A DNA stretch of 14,990 nucleotides from Octopus sinensis (GCF_006345805.1 NW_021825618.1:1-14990), one strand, 5' to 3'; positions 1 through 9,666 are shown, numbered from the stretch's first letter. Notes: a model not told the origin generated them from the letters alone. Numbers and translations: made by a program.

Positions 1-89
1 AATGTTGCCCGCTTAAGGGTCTGCACCAGTACTCAACTTGTACATATTGTCACCACAATACTGGGTAGCCGTATGGAATGAATAGCTGC

Positions 90-300
90 CAAGATGGAGC
101 AGCTGCACAAAGGGCAAACGGAGAGAGAGACTATGCAGCTTCCAAGAAACTTGTTTGGTGAAAGAATAATTTCAAGGACTTCAGATTTCGACTTGTCTCT
201 CACTGTTACTGATCTAACTGGACCAGATCTTATTATCCTGTGTGGCTAAATAAAGGGTCGTGTGTACATTAACGAACCTCGCAATACCCAAGAACGTTGA
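90..300 (+). pseudogene. Tc1/mariner transposase remnant (catalytic-domain fragment)
   Basis: Manual translation gives QDGAAAQRA from 90. After a frameshift it continues MQLPRNLFGERIISR...DLTGPDLIILCG*IKGRVYINEPRNTQE (133-294). This matches the QDGA...(SP)DLTPxDFFLWGYLKxRVY pattern of DDD mariner-like transposases. No TIRs seen. Confidence 0.75.
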
Positions 301-304
301 TATG

Positions 305-522
305 TTTTCTCTTTTTCCTTCTACTTGTTTCAGTCATTTGACTGCGGCCATGCTGGAGCACCGCCTTTAGTCGAGCAAATCGAACCCGGGACTTATTCTT
401 TGTAAGCCTAGTACTTATTCAATCGGTCTCTTTTGCCGAACCGCTAAGTGACGGGGACGTAAACACACCAGCATCGGTTGTCAAGCAATGCTAGGGTGAC
501 AAAGATAGACACACAAACACAT

Positions 523-589
<67 letters not shown>

Positions 590-755
590 TACGACAGGCT
601 TCTTTCAGTTTCCGTCTACCAAATCCACTCACAAGGCATTGGTCGGCCCGGGGCTATAGCAGAAGACACTTGCCCAAGATGCCACGCAGTGGGACTGAAC
701 CCGGAACCATGTGGATGGTTAGCAAGCTACTTACCACACAGCCACTCCTGCGCCT
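305..755 (-). mobile_element. tRNA-derived SINE, near full length (octopus OK/OR1/OR2-type group; exact family not assigned)
   Basis: The reverse complement starts AGGCGCAGGAGTGGCTGTGTGGTAAG (A-box-like) then GGTTCAGTCCC (B-box-like) and TTGGGCAAGTGTCTTCT. It has an internal (TA)n/(TG)n tract and an A/G-rich tail. It is collinear with the copy at 9078-9503. Confidence 0.9.
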
Positions 756-981
756 TCGCGTCTTTTTTCTCGAGATGTCTAATATATCAGGATTTTAACC
801 CACCTGGATCGACGCAGGATTGCACTTAAGGACTCATGCTCTTGTTTCTATAACTTCGGAAAGTTGAACTATGAACTGTTATGCTTCTTTTTTTTTTCTT
901 TCTTTCCATCTGCTTATTCATTTACACCCTTCCTCTATGTCATCATCTCATTAATATATACCAATCTCATTTTCCCTATTT

Positions 982-1037
982 GTCTCTGATGACGGAATAT
1001 CCCATACTCGAGGATATCCCAGAAACAGCTGTAAGAC
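982..1037 (+). ncRNA. Minimal type I hammerhead ribozyme motif (Penelope-like-element type), orphan copy
   Basis: Stem I GTCT (982-985) pairs with AGAC (1034-1037). Core CTGATGA is at 986-992. Stem II is ATATCC (997-1002)/GGATAT (1012-1017) plus GG/CC. GAAA is at 1022-1025 and the palindromic stem III ACAGCTGT at 1025-1032. The GUA triplet predicts cleavage after 1033. The base of stem II is a C993.A1021 mismatch. Confidence 0.8.
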
Positions 1038-1124
1038 TTTGAACTTTTTCCGATAATAATATTGTATACGACTTGAGATGTTTGCCTTGCCTTAGTGTCT
1101 GTTGTCCTAATTGACAGTTATGTA

Positions 1125-1284
<160 letters not shown>

Positions 1285-1286
1285 TA

Positions 1287-2186
1287 CAGGGTGCAATGGG
1301 TAAATTATCACCATTTTATATTTTTCCTTTCATGCATGCGCGCATTGTTTGTTTTTGATTTTATCAACTACACAGTGTAGTAGGATCAGTTGGGTACCGT
1401 CTGTAAGAAAAACAGCACCATGACGCAATTCACTCTGTCAGAAATTTGGAAACGACATGCTGTACTGCTTGACACTCTCGCCGGAATTTCCAAAACGAAC
1501 AGACGATGAAAACACAGAACAACCGTTTGCATGCAGTGTCTCCAAAACATGTACTGAGAGTGATAAAAAATCAAACACCCAGTCAACATTATGTTGCCTG
1601 GAGTGATCCCTAGTGATGGCTACGTTATGTCTCCATTCATCTTTCCACACGACTTCACACACAACACGGAGTCCTATATCAAGTGTCTGGAGGAGGTAAT
1701 GCTTCTCTGGCTGAAGAGGGTGCGTACTGGAAGACCCTGTGTCTGGCAACAGGATTCTGCAGCATGCCACACGAGCAGGAGGACCCAGTCATGGCTGTCA
1801 GGCAATTTCTGCGACCACATTATCCCTAACGACTGGTCACCTATCTCCCCAGACTGCAACCTCCTTGATTATTATGTGCGGGGTGCAGTTGAGCGGGAGA
1901 CCAACAAAACTCCTTGTAACACCAAAGATGAACTGAAGGCGAGGGTTATGGTAGCATTCACCAACTTAAACAATGAGACCGTCCAGAAGAGTTGCAGAAG
2001 AGTTGCAGAAGATTCCGAAGTCGTCTGGAGGCTGTGGTTGAAGTCAATGGCGTTTTTATTGAATAAATTTACACTTTCGTATTTCAAGGTATTTTTATGC
2101 AACTTTGGTAAATATATCTGCTATAATGACATGTCAGTGTTATTTTCATTTTTAAGTAATTTAGACAATATATTCACCGCACCTTG
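1287..2186 (+). mobile_element. Internally deleted Tc1/mariner element, DD37D (maT) family
   Basis: The left TIR CAGGGTGCAATGGGTAAATTATC (1287-1309) follows TA. A degenerate right TIR at 2164-2186 matches about 16/23. The N-terminus MTQFTLSEIWKRHAVLL starts at 1420. ORF 1591-2187 contains QQDSAACH...SPDCNLLDYY with 37 residues between the 2nd and 3rd catalytic Asp. Most of the DNA-binding region and the first Asp are missing. Confidence 0.9.
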
Positions 2187-2188
2187 AG

Positions 2189-2231
<43 letters not shown>

Positions 2232-2234
2232 TAG

Positions 2235-2277
<43 letters not shown>

Positions 2278-2280
2278 ATA
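2189..2280. repeat. (TA)n microsatellite separating two mariner elements
   Basis: Read directly from the sequence. Confidence 0.95.
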
Positions 2281-3543
2281 CAGAGCGAAGAAGCACAACT
2301 TGGAATATTTTGGAAGTCTTAGTTTTCATATATTCCCAAGCGTAAATACTAAGATATTGTTTTCTATTTGAGGATGGAAGTACATAGAGTTAATTTAAGC
2401 AGAAGTTCCACTCATACGATCTAAGATGTCTGCGTAGGAAGCGAAGAGACAACGCATTGCAGATTTGCTTCGTGCAGGGGTTGCAATTATACGTATTGCT
2501 CAGACTGTTGGGGGCGAGGCACTGTGACCACTGTCTACAACGTTAAGAACCGAATGCTGGATATTGAGGCATCAAGAGAAAGCAAGGAATTGGAGGTGTA
2601 AATATAATACGGGATAATGCATTTCTTATATCTCTCAAAGCCAAAATTTCGAAAGACCCAGCAACGTCCATGAGAAAACTGTCCAATGGCATGCAAGTTG
2701 ATTCAAAGACCATCAGAAATACTGCACACACTGAGTTACATTTAGGGTTATGCGTGAGGACACTGAGACACTTATTGACTCATGTAATGAAAGCTAAAAG
2801 GCATGAAAGTACCGCAAAAGTGTTGCGATACCTGAAGCACAATGGACATACCTTCAATATCTTTTCAGATGAAAATATCCTTACCGTTGATGCTGTTTTA
2901 AAACGTCGCAATTATCGATACATCGTTAAGTCACCTTCTGAAGTCTTTAGGACCAAGCCCCCAGCTCAAGTCATGATACTGAGAGTCGTAGCGTCTGACG
3001 GAAAAAGATGCCTCTCCATTTTCACAAGTCTGGGAAAAGGTGAGATTTGACGTTTATTATTAAGTCCTGCGGTATAAGGTTTTGTCTTGGCTGAAGTCTA
3101 ACTACTCTAACGGTAATTATGTGTGAACCCAAGACGGTTCTCCTGCCCATATCGTGAAGAAAGCGCAGAAATTCTGCAAGGACCAATTCGACGATTATTG
3201 ACCTGCTAACTTCTAGCTTTCTTCCAGGCCAGACTATGTCATATGGGGAAAACTGGAGCACTCTACTAACAGAACTTCGCATCCAAGTCTTGATCATTTA
3301 AAGCAAATCCTGAGAGAAGAGTGGGACAATATGTCTGAGTACTTCATCATGAAGAGTTTTAACGCCATCAGGTGGCGTGTGAAGGCTATGGTGGATAATG
3401 AAGGCAGACATATTGAATTAATTGTCTTTTTATACCCCTATAAACTTGTGTTAAAATTGTATTTATGTCAGGTTGCTGGTTGTTGTAACATAAACAATTT
3501 GGTGAATTATCTATTAGTTTCCAAGTTTTGCTTCCACACCCTA
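2281..3543 (+). mobile_element. Full-length decayed Tc1/mariner element, DD37D (maT) family, a different subfamily from 1287-2186
   Basis: TIRs at 2282-2305 (AGAGCGAAGAAGCACAACTTGGAA) and 3519-3542 match 19/24 as inverted repeats. Both ends sit in TA runs. Length is about 1.26 kb. Confidence 0.9.
2426..3420 (+). pseudogene. maT/DD37D transposase pseudogene
   Basis: The N-terminus reads MSA*EAKRQRIADLLRAGV (HTH-like). FSDE has Asp at 2868-2870, QDGSPAH has Asp at 3133-3135, and PDYVIWG has Asp at 3232-3234. The C-terminus reads RVKAMVDNEGRHIE. There are several stops and frameshifts. Confidence 0.88.
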
Positions 3544-3832
3544 TATATATATATATATATATATATGCATTGGTTGGGTTGTTGGACATCCCTCCGTCGA
3601 CCTTGCTCCACATGAACGTCCAGCCGCTCAGTAATTTACCAAACGTTTGTCAACTGTAAAACACATCAGAACAGCTTCAGAATTACAAATAGAATGAGTC
3701 TACGCAAAATCATTGCACAGCAGAATCAGAGCAAAGTGCTGACATATTCCACTCGAAATTTTCCGTTTTTCTCTATTCTATTATTATCTTATCTAACCTG
3801 GAGACTCAAAAACCTTTTAACAACATTGCAAC

Positions 3833-3903
3833 ATATATACATATCTATATATATATTATATGTATATATTTTTGTATGTATACATATATGTATATATATA
3901 TAC

Positions 3904-3938
<35 letters not shown>

Positions 3939-3954
3939 TGTATGTATATATATG

Positions 3955-3985
<31 letters not shown>

Positions 3986-4076
3986 ACATACATACATATA
4001 TATATAAATATATATACACACGCACACAGATATATAAATATACGTATTTTTGCCTATATATAGATATACGCATATT

Positions 4077-4112
<36 letters not shown>

Positions 4113-4195
4113 TGTATACATATGCATACACACAGGTTGTTTTCTACGCAATTTGCGATATTGCGCTATATATGTGTGTACATATATGTACATAT

Positions 4196-4272
<77 letters not shown>

Positions 4273-4387
4273 ATGTATATATATATATACATATACATAA
4301 TTACATATATATACAGATATATACATTTACATATATACATATGCATACATATATATATATACATACATACATACATACATACATACA

Positions 4388-4419
<32 letters not shown>

Positions 4420-4460
4420 CATACATAATGCACATGCGTATGTGTGTGTGTATGTGTGTG
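3833..4460. repeat. Compound (TA)n/(TG)n/(CATA)n microsatellite block
   Basis: Read directly from the sequence. It is the source of the spurious IY/HT-rich ORFs. Confidence 0.95.
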
Positions 4461-4985
4461 CTTAGTCTTGTACACAATTTGCGATATTGCGCTAGTGGTA
4501 ATGATTCGTGACACATCAAAGTCACTCGAGGTGGCCATAGTTTATTGGTTGTCAGACGACTGTCGTTTCACAAAATGTCGGTCGGATTTATCATTGAGTA
4601 GAATAGAGAAGGAGAACGGTTGCTGTCTCTCTGTCTCTCTGTCAGGCTGCCTGTCTAACTGTCTATCTGTATAGCTGTGTATCTCTGTATTTGTGGCTAA
4701 CAAGTACGCATATGTGTATGTGTATGTGCGTTTATATCTATGTGTGTGTATGTGTGCTAATGACTTCATAGAGATGGAACCTGTTCTTTTGACTGGAAGA
4801 TTCTACAGCTGCATTAACAGATTCTTCGAAACAAAACAGTCTGAGCGATAAACAAAATATCCACTTGATGCTACAAGCAGTGTTTTATATAAAGATTTAT
4901 ATAAAAATATCAATGGTACAAAGAAAATAAAATAAAATAAAATAAAAATAAATATAGAGAAAAGAGGAAAAGAAAACGAAAGATT

Positions 4986-5030
4986 CAAAATGGCGTCTGC
5001 ACTACATGGTGAATGAGAAACAAAATGGCG
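4986..5030 (+). promoter_or_regulatory. Two YY1-type motifs CAAAATGGCG (4986-4995, 5021-5030)
   Basis: The 10-mers are identical and 35 bp apart, and they match the YY1 consensus AANATGGC. The first overlaps a candidate start ATG. Binding is not demonstrated. Confidence 0.5.
4990..5008 (+). CDS. Candidate first coding exon (MASALH + G) of an unidentified gene
   Basis: AAAATGG Kozak context, an in-frame upstream TAA at 4933-4935, and donor ATG|GTGAAT at 5009. The exon ends in phase 1. Confidence 0.4.
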
Positions 5031-5177
5031 GGATAGAAAAAAGAAAATTAGGGCGTGATGTTATTTTAATTCACAACTGAACTAACTGCGGAGTTTTTCT
5101 CTGGCTAACATTATTTTTATTTATTTGTTTAATAATTTATTTATTTTTATCTTTTCCAAAGACCTTTTTTTTTTTAG

Positions 5178-5214
5178 AAAATCAAGTAGAAAAAGATGAG
5201 AACTGGAAGCAGTT
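5178..5214 (+). CDS. Candidate 37-nt second exon (E)NQVEKDENWKQ(L/F)
   Basis: The acceptor is a long poly-T tract + AG (5176-5177), with a CTAAC branch-like motif at 5105-5109. The donor is GTATGT at 5215. The frame stays open when joined to 4990-5008. Confidence 0.5.
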
Positions 5215-5674
5215 GTATGTATTGTTAAGAAAATATCATCCACTCCTCCAAGTCATTCAGATTATTGCATGAAGTTTCCAGAAATTTTGTGTTAGTTTTG
5301 TACTGTTTTGAGTTTTTTATTAATTCAATTTTTTTTGAGGAGCGGGGAGCTTCATGTATATTTTCTGTTCATTCTTTTTCATTTTTTGTATTTTAGTTTT
5401 TCTTTTTTTTTTTTCTTAAATTTGTAAAACGAAAATAAAGACCGAAATTTGTTAAGCATTCACAATTGGAAAAGAGAAACTATTCATTATTTTATATTTG
5501 TATGAAAGTAGATTAATTAATTAACCATACATTAAAGCAGGTAAAATAAATTGCTTTGCAAGTTATAGTTTAGTAATTTATACATAATCAGGCGTTACGT
5601 GTTCAAATCCACGTGGCTCGGATGAAATTTTTTATAGGGTACTTCGTTGTCAATAGACTTTCTAGAAATAGAAA

Positions 5675-6060
5675 CCAAATCCCCTGGATCACTTGGATTG
5701 GCCAGACTTGTACCCAGTTGGCTCCGCTGGCTACAACATTCGCTCCATTCCCCTCATGTTCCTACCATTCCCCTCCATGTTTTTCTTAAATTATCTTCCC
5801 ACCTCATTGACGGTCTTCCGTGTGGTGTCTTCTGCTCATGTGGGTACCACTTGACAACTGCACAAGTCCACCGATCGAATGTGAGCCTTGCGACATGACC
5901 AGCCCATCGTAGCTTTGCATCGTGATATTCTGCGACAAGATCCTTCACTCCAGTTCTATCCCTGATCTCGTTCCGGATGTGATCTCTTAACGAGATTCCC
6001 AACATTGACCTGTCCATGGCTCTTTGTACCGTAAGCAGATGAGGAACCAAATATTCCTCT
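5675..6060 (-). mobile_element. 5'-truncated RTE-clade LINE, 3' end of ORF plus tail
   Basis: ORF 5754-6050 (-) reads LLTVQRAMDRSMLGISLRDHIRNEIRDRTGVKD...LRWAGHVAR...WYP...GRPSMRWED. This is the characteristic post-RT C-terminus of RTE-clade non-LTR elements. Confidence 0.88.
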
Positions 6061-6084
6061 TAAATCGTACCTTAAGGTTACAGT

Positions 6085-6311
6085 CTGTCTCGAGCCAAGA
6101 GACGCATTAGACTGATGTTTCATTGGTTGAGAATGCGTGACACCCAACCCTAGACGGAACGCTAGACAACTTCAAGGTTACCCTCCAGCAGGTGATGTTG
6201 CTCATTTCAGCTGTGCAGTCTGAAACAGCATGAAATGAAATACCTTGTTCAAGGATACAACGCACCACCTTGTCCGAGAACCGAACCCCTAATTTCCTGT
6301 TACTCTCCTTC
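6085..6311 (-). mobile_element. Degenerate tRNA-derived SINE (second family)
   Basis: The reverse complement gives GAAGGAGAG...GGTTCGGTTCTC...GTGCGTTGTATCCTTGAACAAGGTATTTCATTTCA. This is similar by eye to the SINE heads at 8618 and 11381. Confidence 0.6.
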
Positions 6312-6314
6312 ACA

Positions 6315-7430
6315 CAGAGACACACACACACATATATAGTCACACTATCGCCTGGAATGTTCACACACACATGCACACACACACACACACACACATACAC
6401 AAACACATATAGCCACACACTACTACACAAACACTCTGTCATTTCGCCATTTCGACTTACAGTCAAAGCTGCGCAAACAATGTGTCACATAGATTTATTG
6501 TTACATCGTCACGGTCACCCATAGCAACGCACGTGCATTTATACTCACGCATACACACACGCTCACATACGCAAATGCATAGACACACACTGCTAAAAAG
6601 TCACGTAGTGACACTCATCTCGTCATCGCTGAAGTTACATTGTAACATAAACACTGAGTCGATTAGATTCACTGTTACAACAATACTGTTACATACGCAG
6701 TCACGCAATCACATGGTTGCACTTACAGAGTTACAAAGTTAGTTACATGGTCACATGGTTTATAAACACAGAGTCACACAAAGTTACAGTCACACAATCA
6801 CAATGTTACAGTCGCACAGTCACACAAGAACACATTCACACGGCTACAAACACACAGTCACATGATTACAATCACGCAGTCACAGCGTTACAGTCAGACG
6901 GCTACTGTCACATAGTTACACTCACATAGCCACAAGGTTAACATCACAATTATACGGTTACACTCACAGTGTCTCATGCGTACTATCACGCAATCGCACG
7001 GTTACCCAGACCAGTGCTTTTCAAAATTTTGCTGGAGCGGAACCCCAAGGAAACATTCCACTGGCTCGAGGAACCCCTGTGCAATAATTTAATAGTCTTA
7101 TGCACACATATCTGCACAGGAGACTTAAAAATTACTGCCGATTTTAGCAGATTTGTAACTTCTTGCTGAACCCCTGCACTGTACTGGCGGAACACTAAGG
7201 TTCCGCGGAACCCTGGTTGAAAAGCACTGACCCAGACAATCACTCGATTACAGGCACGCAGTAAAAGTAACACAGTCGCTCGATCACTCTGTGACAGTCA
7301 CACACGATTGCAGATGCACGCTCACAAATGAGAGATACACGGTCACACGGTTGCTGTCACACCAGCACACGGTTAAACTCACAGTTACACTCAGTTACAT
7401 CAAGCAGTCACACAGTCCAGATATTCAGTA
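6315..7430. repeat. Degenerate low-complexity/minisatellite region built from CAGTCACA / GGTTACA / CACA units
   Basis: Recurrent CAGTCACA, GTTACA and CACACGGTT words. The region is interrupted by the MITE at 7012-7229. Confidence 0.7.
7012..7229. mobile_element. hAT-superfamily MITE (218 bp)
   Basis: Perfect 13-bp TIRs CAGTGCTTTTCAA (7012-7024) / TTGAAAAGCACTG (7217-7229). Perfect 8-bp TSD ACCCAGAC (7004-7011, 7230-7237). It has repeated subterminal GAACCC motifs and the palindrome GGTTCCGCGGAACC (7199-7212). Confidence 0.92.
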
Positions 7431-7844
7431 CATATCCTCAATGTCAAGATGACATTTTTCTCCTATTTATTTTTAGATTCCCTCAACTTCCTCTTCAGTA
7501 TTTAAATTTCCTTAATCGGAAAAACCCTAAGTTTTTCTTTAAAGGTTTTTGCTCATCATTTACGTCAAGTTTCTAATAATTGCCAGGAATTCCTTTCCTC
7601 AGGAACCGCTCGTTCTTACCAATTTAGGCGTTCACCAATAACCAGAAATATTTTTGTTTGTCTACGAGATGTACTTCTCATATTTTTCACAAATGTTTAG
7701 AAAGATTTCCTCTTCCCAAAATATTTTTGTCATCTTCCACTCCAAAATCATTATAAACACTTACGTATATACACACTTTCACGCACACATATTTATACAG
7801 TCATATAAAATATAAATACAAACAAAAATAAAGGAAGATACACA

Positions 7845-7945
7845 TATACACACACACATATATATAAATACATACACGCGCATATAAATAGTTGTAATAT
7901 ATATGTGTGTGTGTGTGTTTTATAAATAAATATATGTATTTATAT

Positions 7946-7982
<37 letters not shown>

Positions 7983-8002
7983 GTTTAAAAATAAATAAAT
8001 AA

Positions 8003-8060
<58 letters not shown>
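7845..8060. repeat. (TA)n-rich compound microsatellite
   Basis: Read directly from the sequence. Confidence 0.9.
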
Positions 8061-8063
<3 letters not shown>

Positions 8064-8139
8064 TTTGTTACTGTACTAACTGCTCGTTTTTAAGTTCATT
8101 TCTCTTCTGTTTTGTTTGTCTTTTGTTTACTTTATTATA

Positions 8140-8597
8140 TTTTTATTTTGTTATTATTTCTAATACTAGGAGATCTCTAACCTTGACTCTGCCCTCATGC
8201 TTCCGACATTTCCGTTTGGAATATCTCTCTAAAACAGAAAAATCCCCTTTCTCACACCTACTCATCTCCTCTTTAAGTATCTTGTGATCATGCTTCGGAT
8301 ATTCTCATTAAAAAAAAAAAACAATTTGCCACAGTAAACATCCCTCGTCGTTGAGAATCCCCCCCCCTTTTAAAATACCCACGTGATAGCGGACGTCCGT
8401 CTATGATGACTGCAACGTGTAAACAGTATTTGGTTCTAGCCAACCCCCCCCCCCCAATGGAATTTCCAATCAAAGACCAGGCTTCAAATCCTCTAAATCC
8501 AATGAACCAGATTCTAAGTTCTGGTAGCAATCAGCAGGGCCCATGAGAGAATCAGTATCTCAGCATTTCCAACATAGCTAAACACTTATTTCATTTA
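8140..8597. repeat. Copy 1 of a ~460-bp direct repeat (partner at 10289-10768)
   Basis: Collinear with 10289-10768. The first ~120 bp are nearly identical apart from a 6-nt indel. The 23-nt block CACGTGATAGCGGACGTCCGTCT is identical in both copies. Confidence 0.9.
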
Positions 8598-8617
8598 GGC
8601 TGACCTTTCTGCTAGAT

Positions 8618-8762
8618 GAAGGCGCATGGCCCAGTCGTTAAGTTGATGGTGTCACGATTAAGCAGTCGAAAGTTCAGTCCCTCAAACCGGTGGCACGTTC
8701 TGTCCTTGACCAAGACACTTCGTTTCACATTGCACCATTCATTCACCGGGTTGCTAGTACAA
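8618..8762 (+). mobile_element. Degenerate tRNA-derived SINE (second family), 5' part
   Basis: GAAGGCGCATGGCCCAGTCGTTAAG...GTCCTTGACCAAGACACTTCGTTTCAC is homologous to the head at 11381. It is followed by (TC)n at 8781-8817 and may extend to ~8945. Confidence 0.7.
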
Positions 8763-8775
8763 CTCCCTCTCCCTC

Positions 8776-8819
<44 letters not shown>

Positions 8820-9077
8820 TTTGTAGTACATTGGATGTATTACTGGGTCAAGACTGTGGTGGCAAACAAATGTATCTATGCCTGCTATGACCAGATAGGC
8901 ACCAACTACAAAGATCGAAAGCATAAAAAGTTACCATGCTCGAGAGTGACGGCTGGGCATATATTATATATATTTAACACTTCTGCTGTCCCTTACAAAA
9001 GAAGAGTTTTAGAAGATATTTAGAAGAGTTGCTTACTTAGAAATAATTAATTCATAGAAATAATTAAAATGAAACAC

Positions 9078-9238
9078 CTCGGGAGTGGCTGTGTGGTAAG
9101 TAGCTTGACTCTCAACCACTTAGCTCCGTGTTCACTCCCACTGCGTGGCACCTCGGGTAAGTGTCTTCTACTATAACATAGGGCCGACAAAAGCCTTGTG
9201 ACTGGATTTGGTAGACGGAAACTGAAAGAAGACCGTCG

Positions 9239-9270
<32 letters not shown>

Positions 9271-9503
9271 ATATATATATAGCTGTGTGTATATGTTTGT
9301 GTGTCTTTGTTTGTCCCCACCCTCCCATTGCTTGACAACTGATGTTAGTGTGTTTATGACCCCCGTAACTTAGCGGTTCAGCAAAAGACGCCGATAAAAT
9401 AAGCACTAGGCTTACAAAGAATAAGTTCTGGGGTCGATTTGTTCGACTAAAAGCGGTGCTCCGGCATGGTCACAGTCAAATGAGTGAAACAAATAAAAGA
9501 ATA
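9078..9503 (+). mobile_element. tRNA-derived SINE, same family as 305-755
   Basis: GGGAGTGGCTGTGTGGTAAGTAGCTTG...GTAGACGGAAACTGAAAGAAG, an internal (TA)n, then ACTTAGCGGTTC...GTCAAATGAGTGAAACAAATAAAAGAATA. It is collinear with the reverse complement of 305-755. Confidence 0.9.
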
Positions 9504-9666
9504 TCTGTGTGTGTGTGTGTCATAGGATATCTCTTTCACAGACACCCGCACATTCATCCTGGCCCTTCCCATATTTTCAACACTGACCACAAGACGGATG
9601 ATTGGAAAATGCTACGCTACGACAATGATCAACCCGTCTTTTATCCAAATATATATATATTATATA

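Noticed and set aside
1711-1717. CTGAAGA hammerhead-like core
   Set aside because: It lies inside the maT transposase frame and has no downstream stem II-GAAA-stem III-UH arrangement.
3694-4538. Long ORFs (up to 244 aa) rich in I/Y/H/T/C/V, and similar ORFs at 444-798, 1095-1380 and 10749-11497
   Set aside because: They are translations of (TA)n/(TG)n/(CA)n microsatellites that lack stop codons. There is no protein signal.
4775-4855. Short ORF MEPVLLTGRFYSCINRFFETKQSER upstream of the candidate start codon
   Set aside because: It is about 25 codons with no homology or splice support, which is expected by chance.
7440-7745. Minus-strand purine-rich stretch translating to WEEEIFLNICEKYEKYI, vaguely Myb/SANT-like
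   Set aside because: There are multiple stops and the similarity is too weak to support without a profile search.
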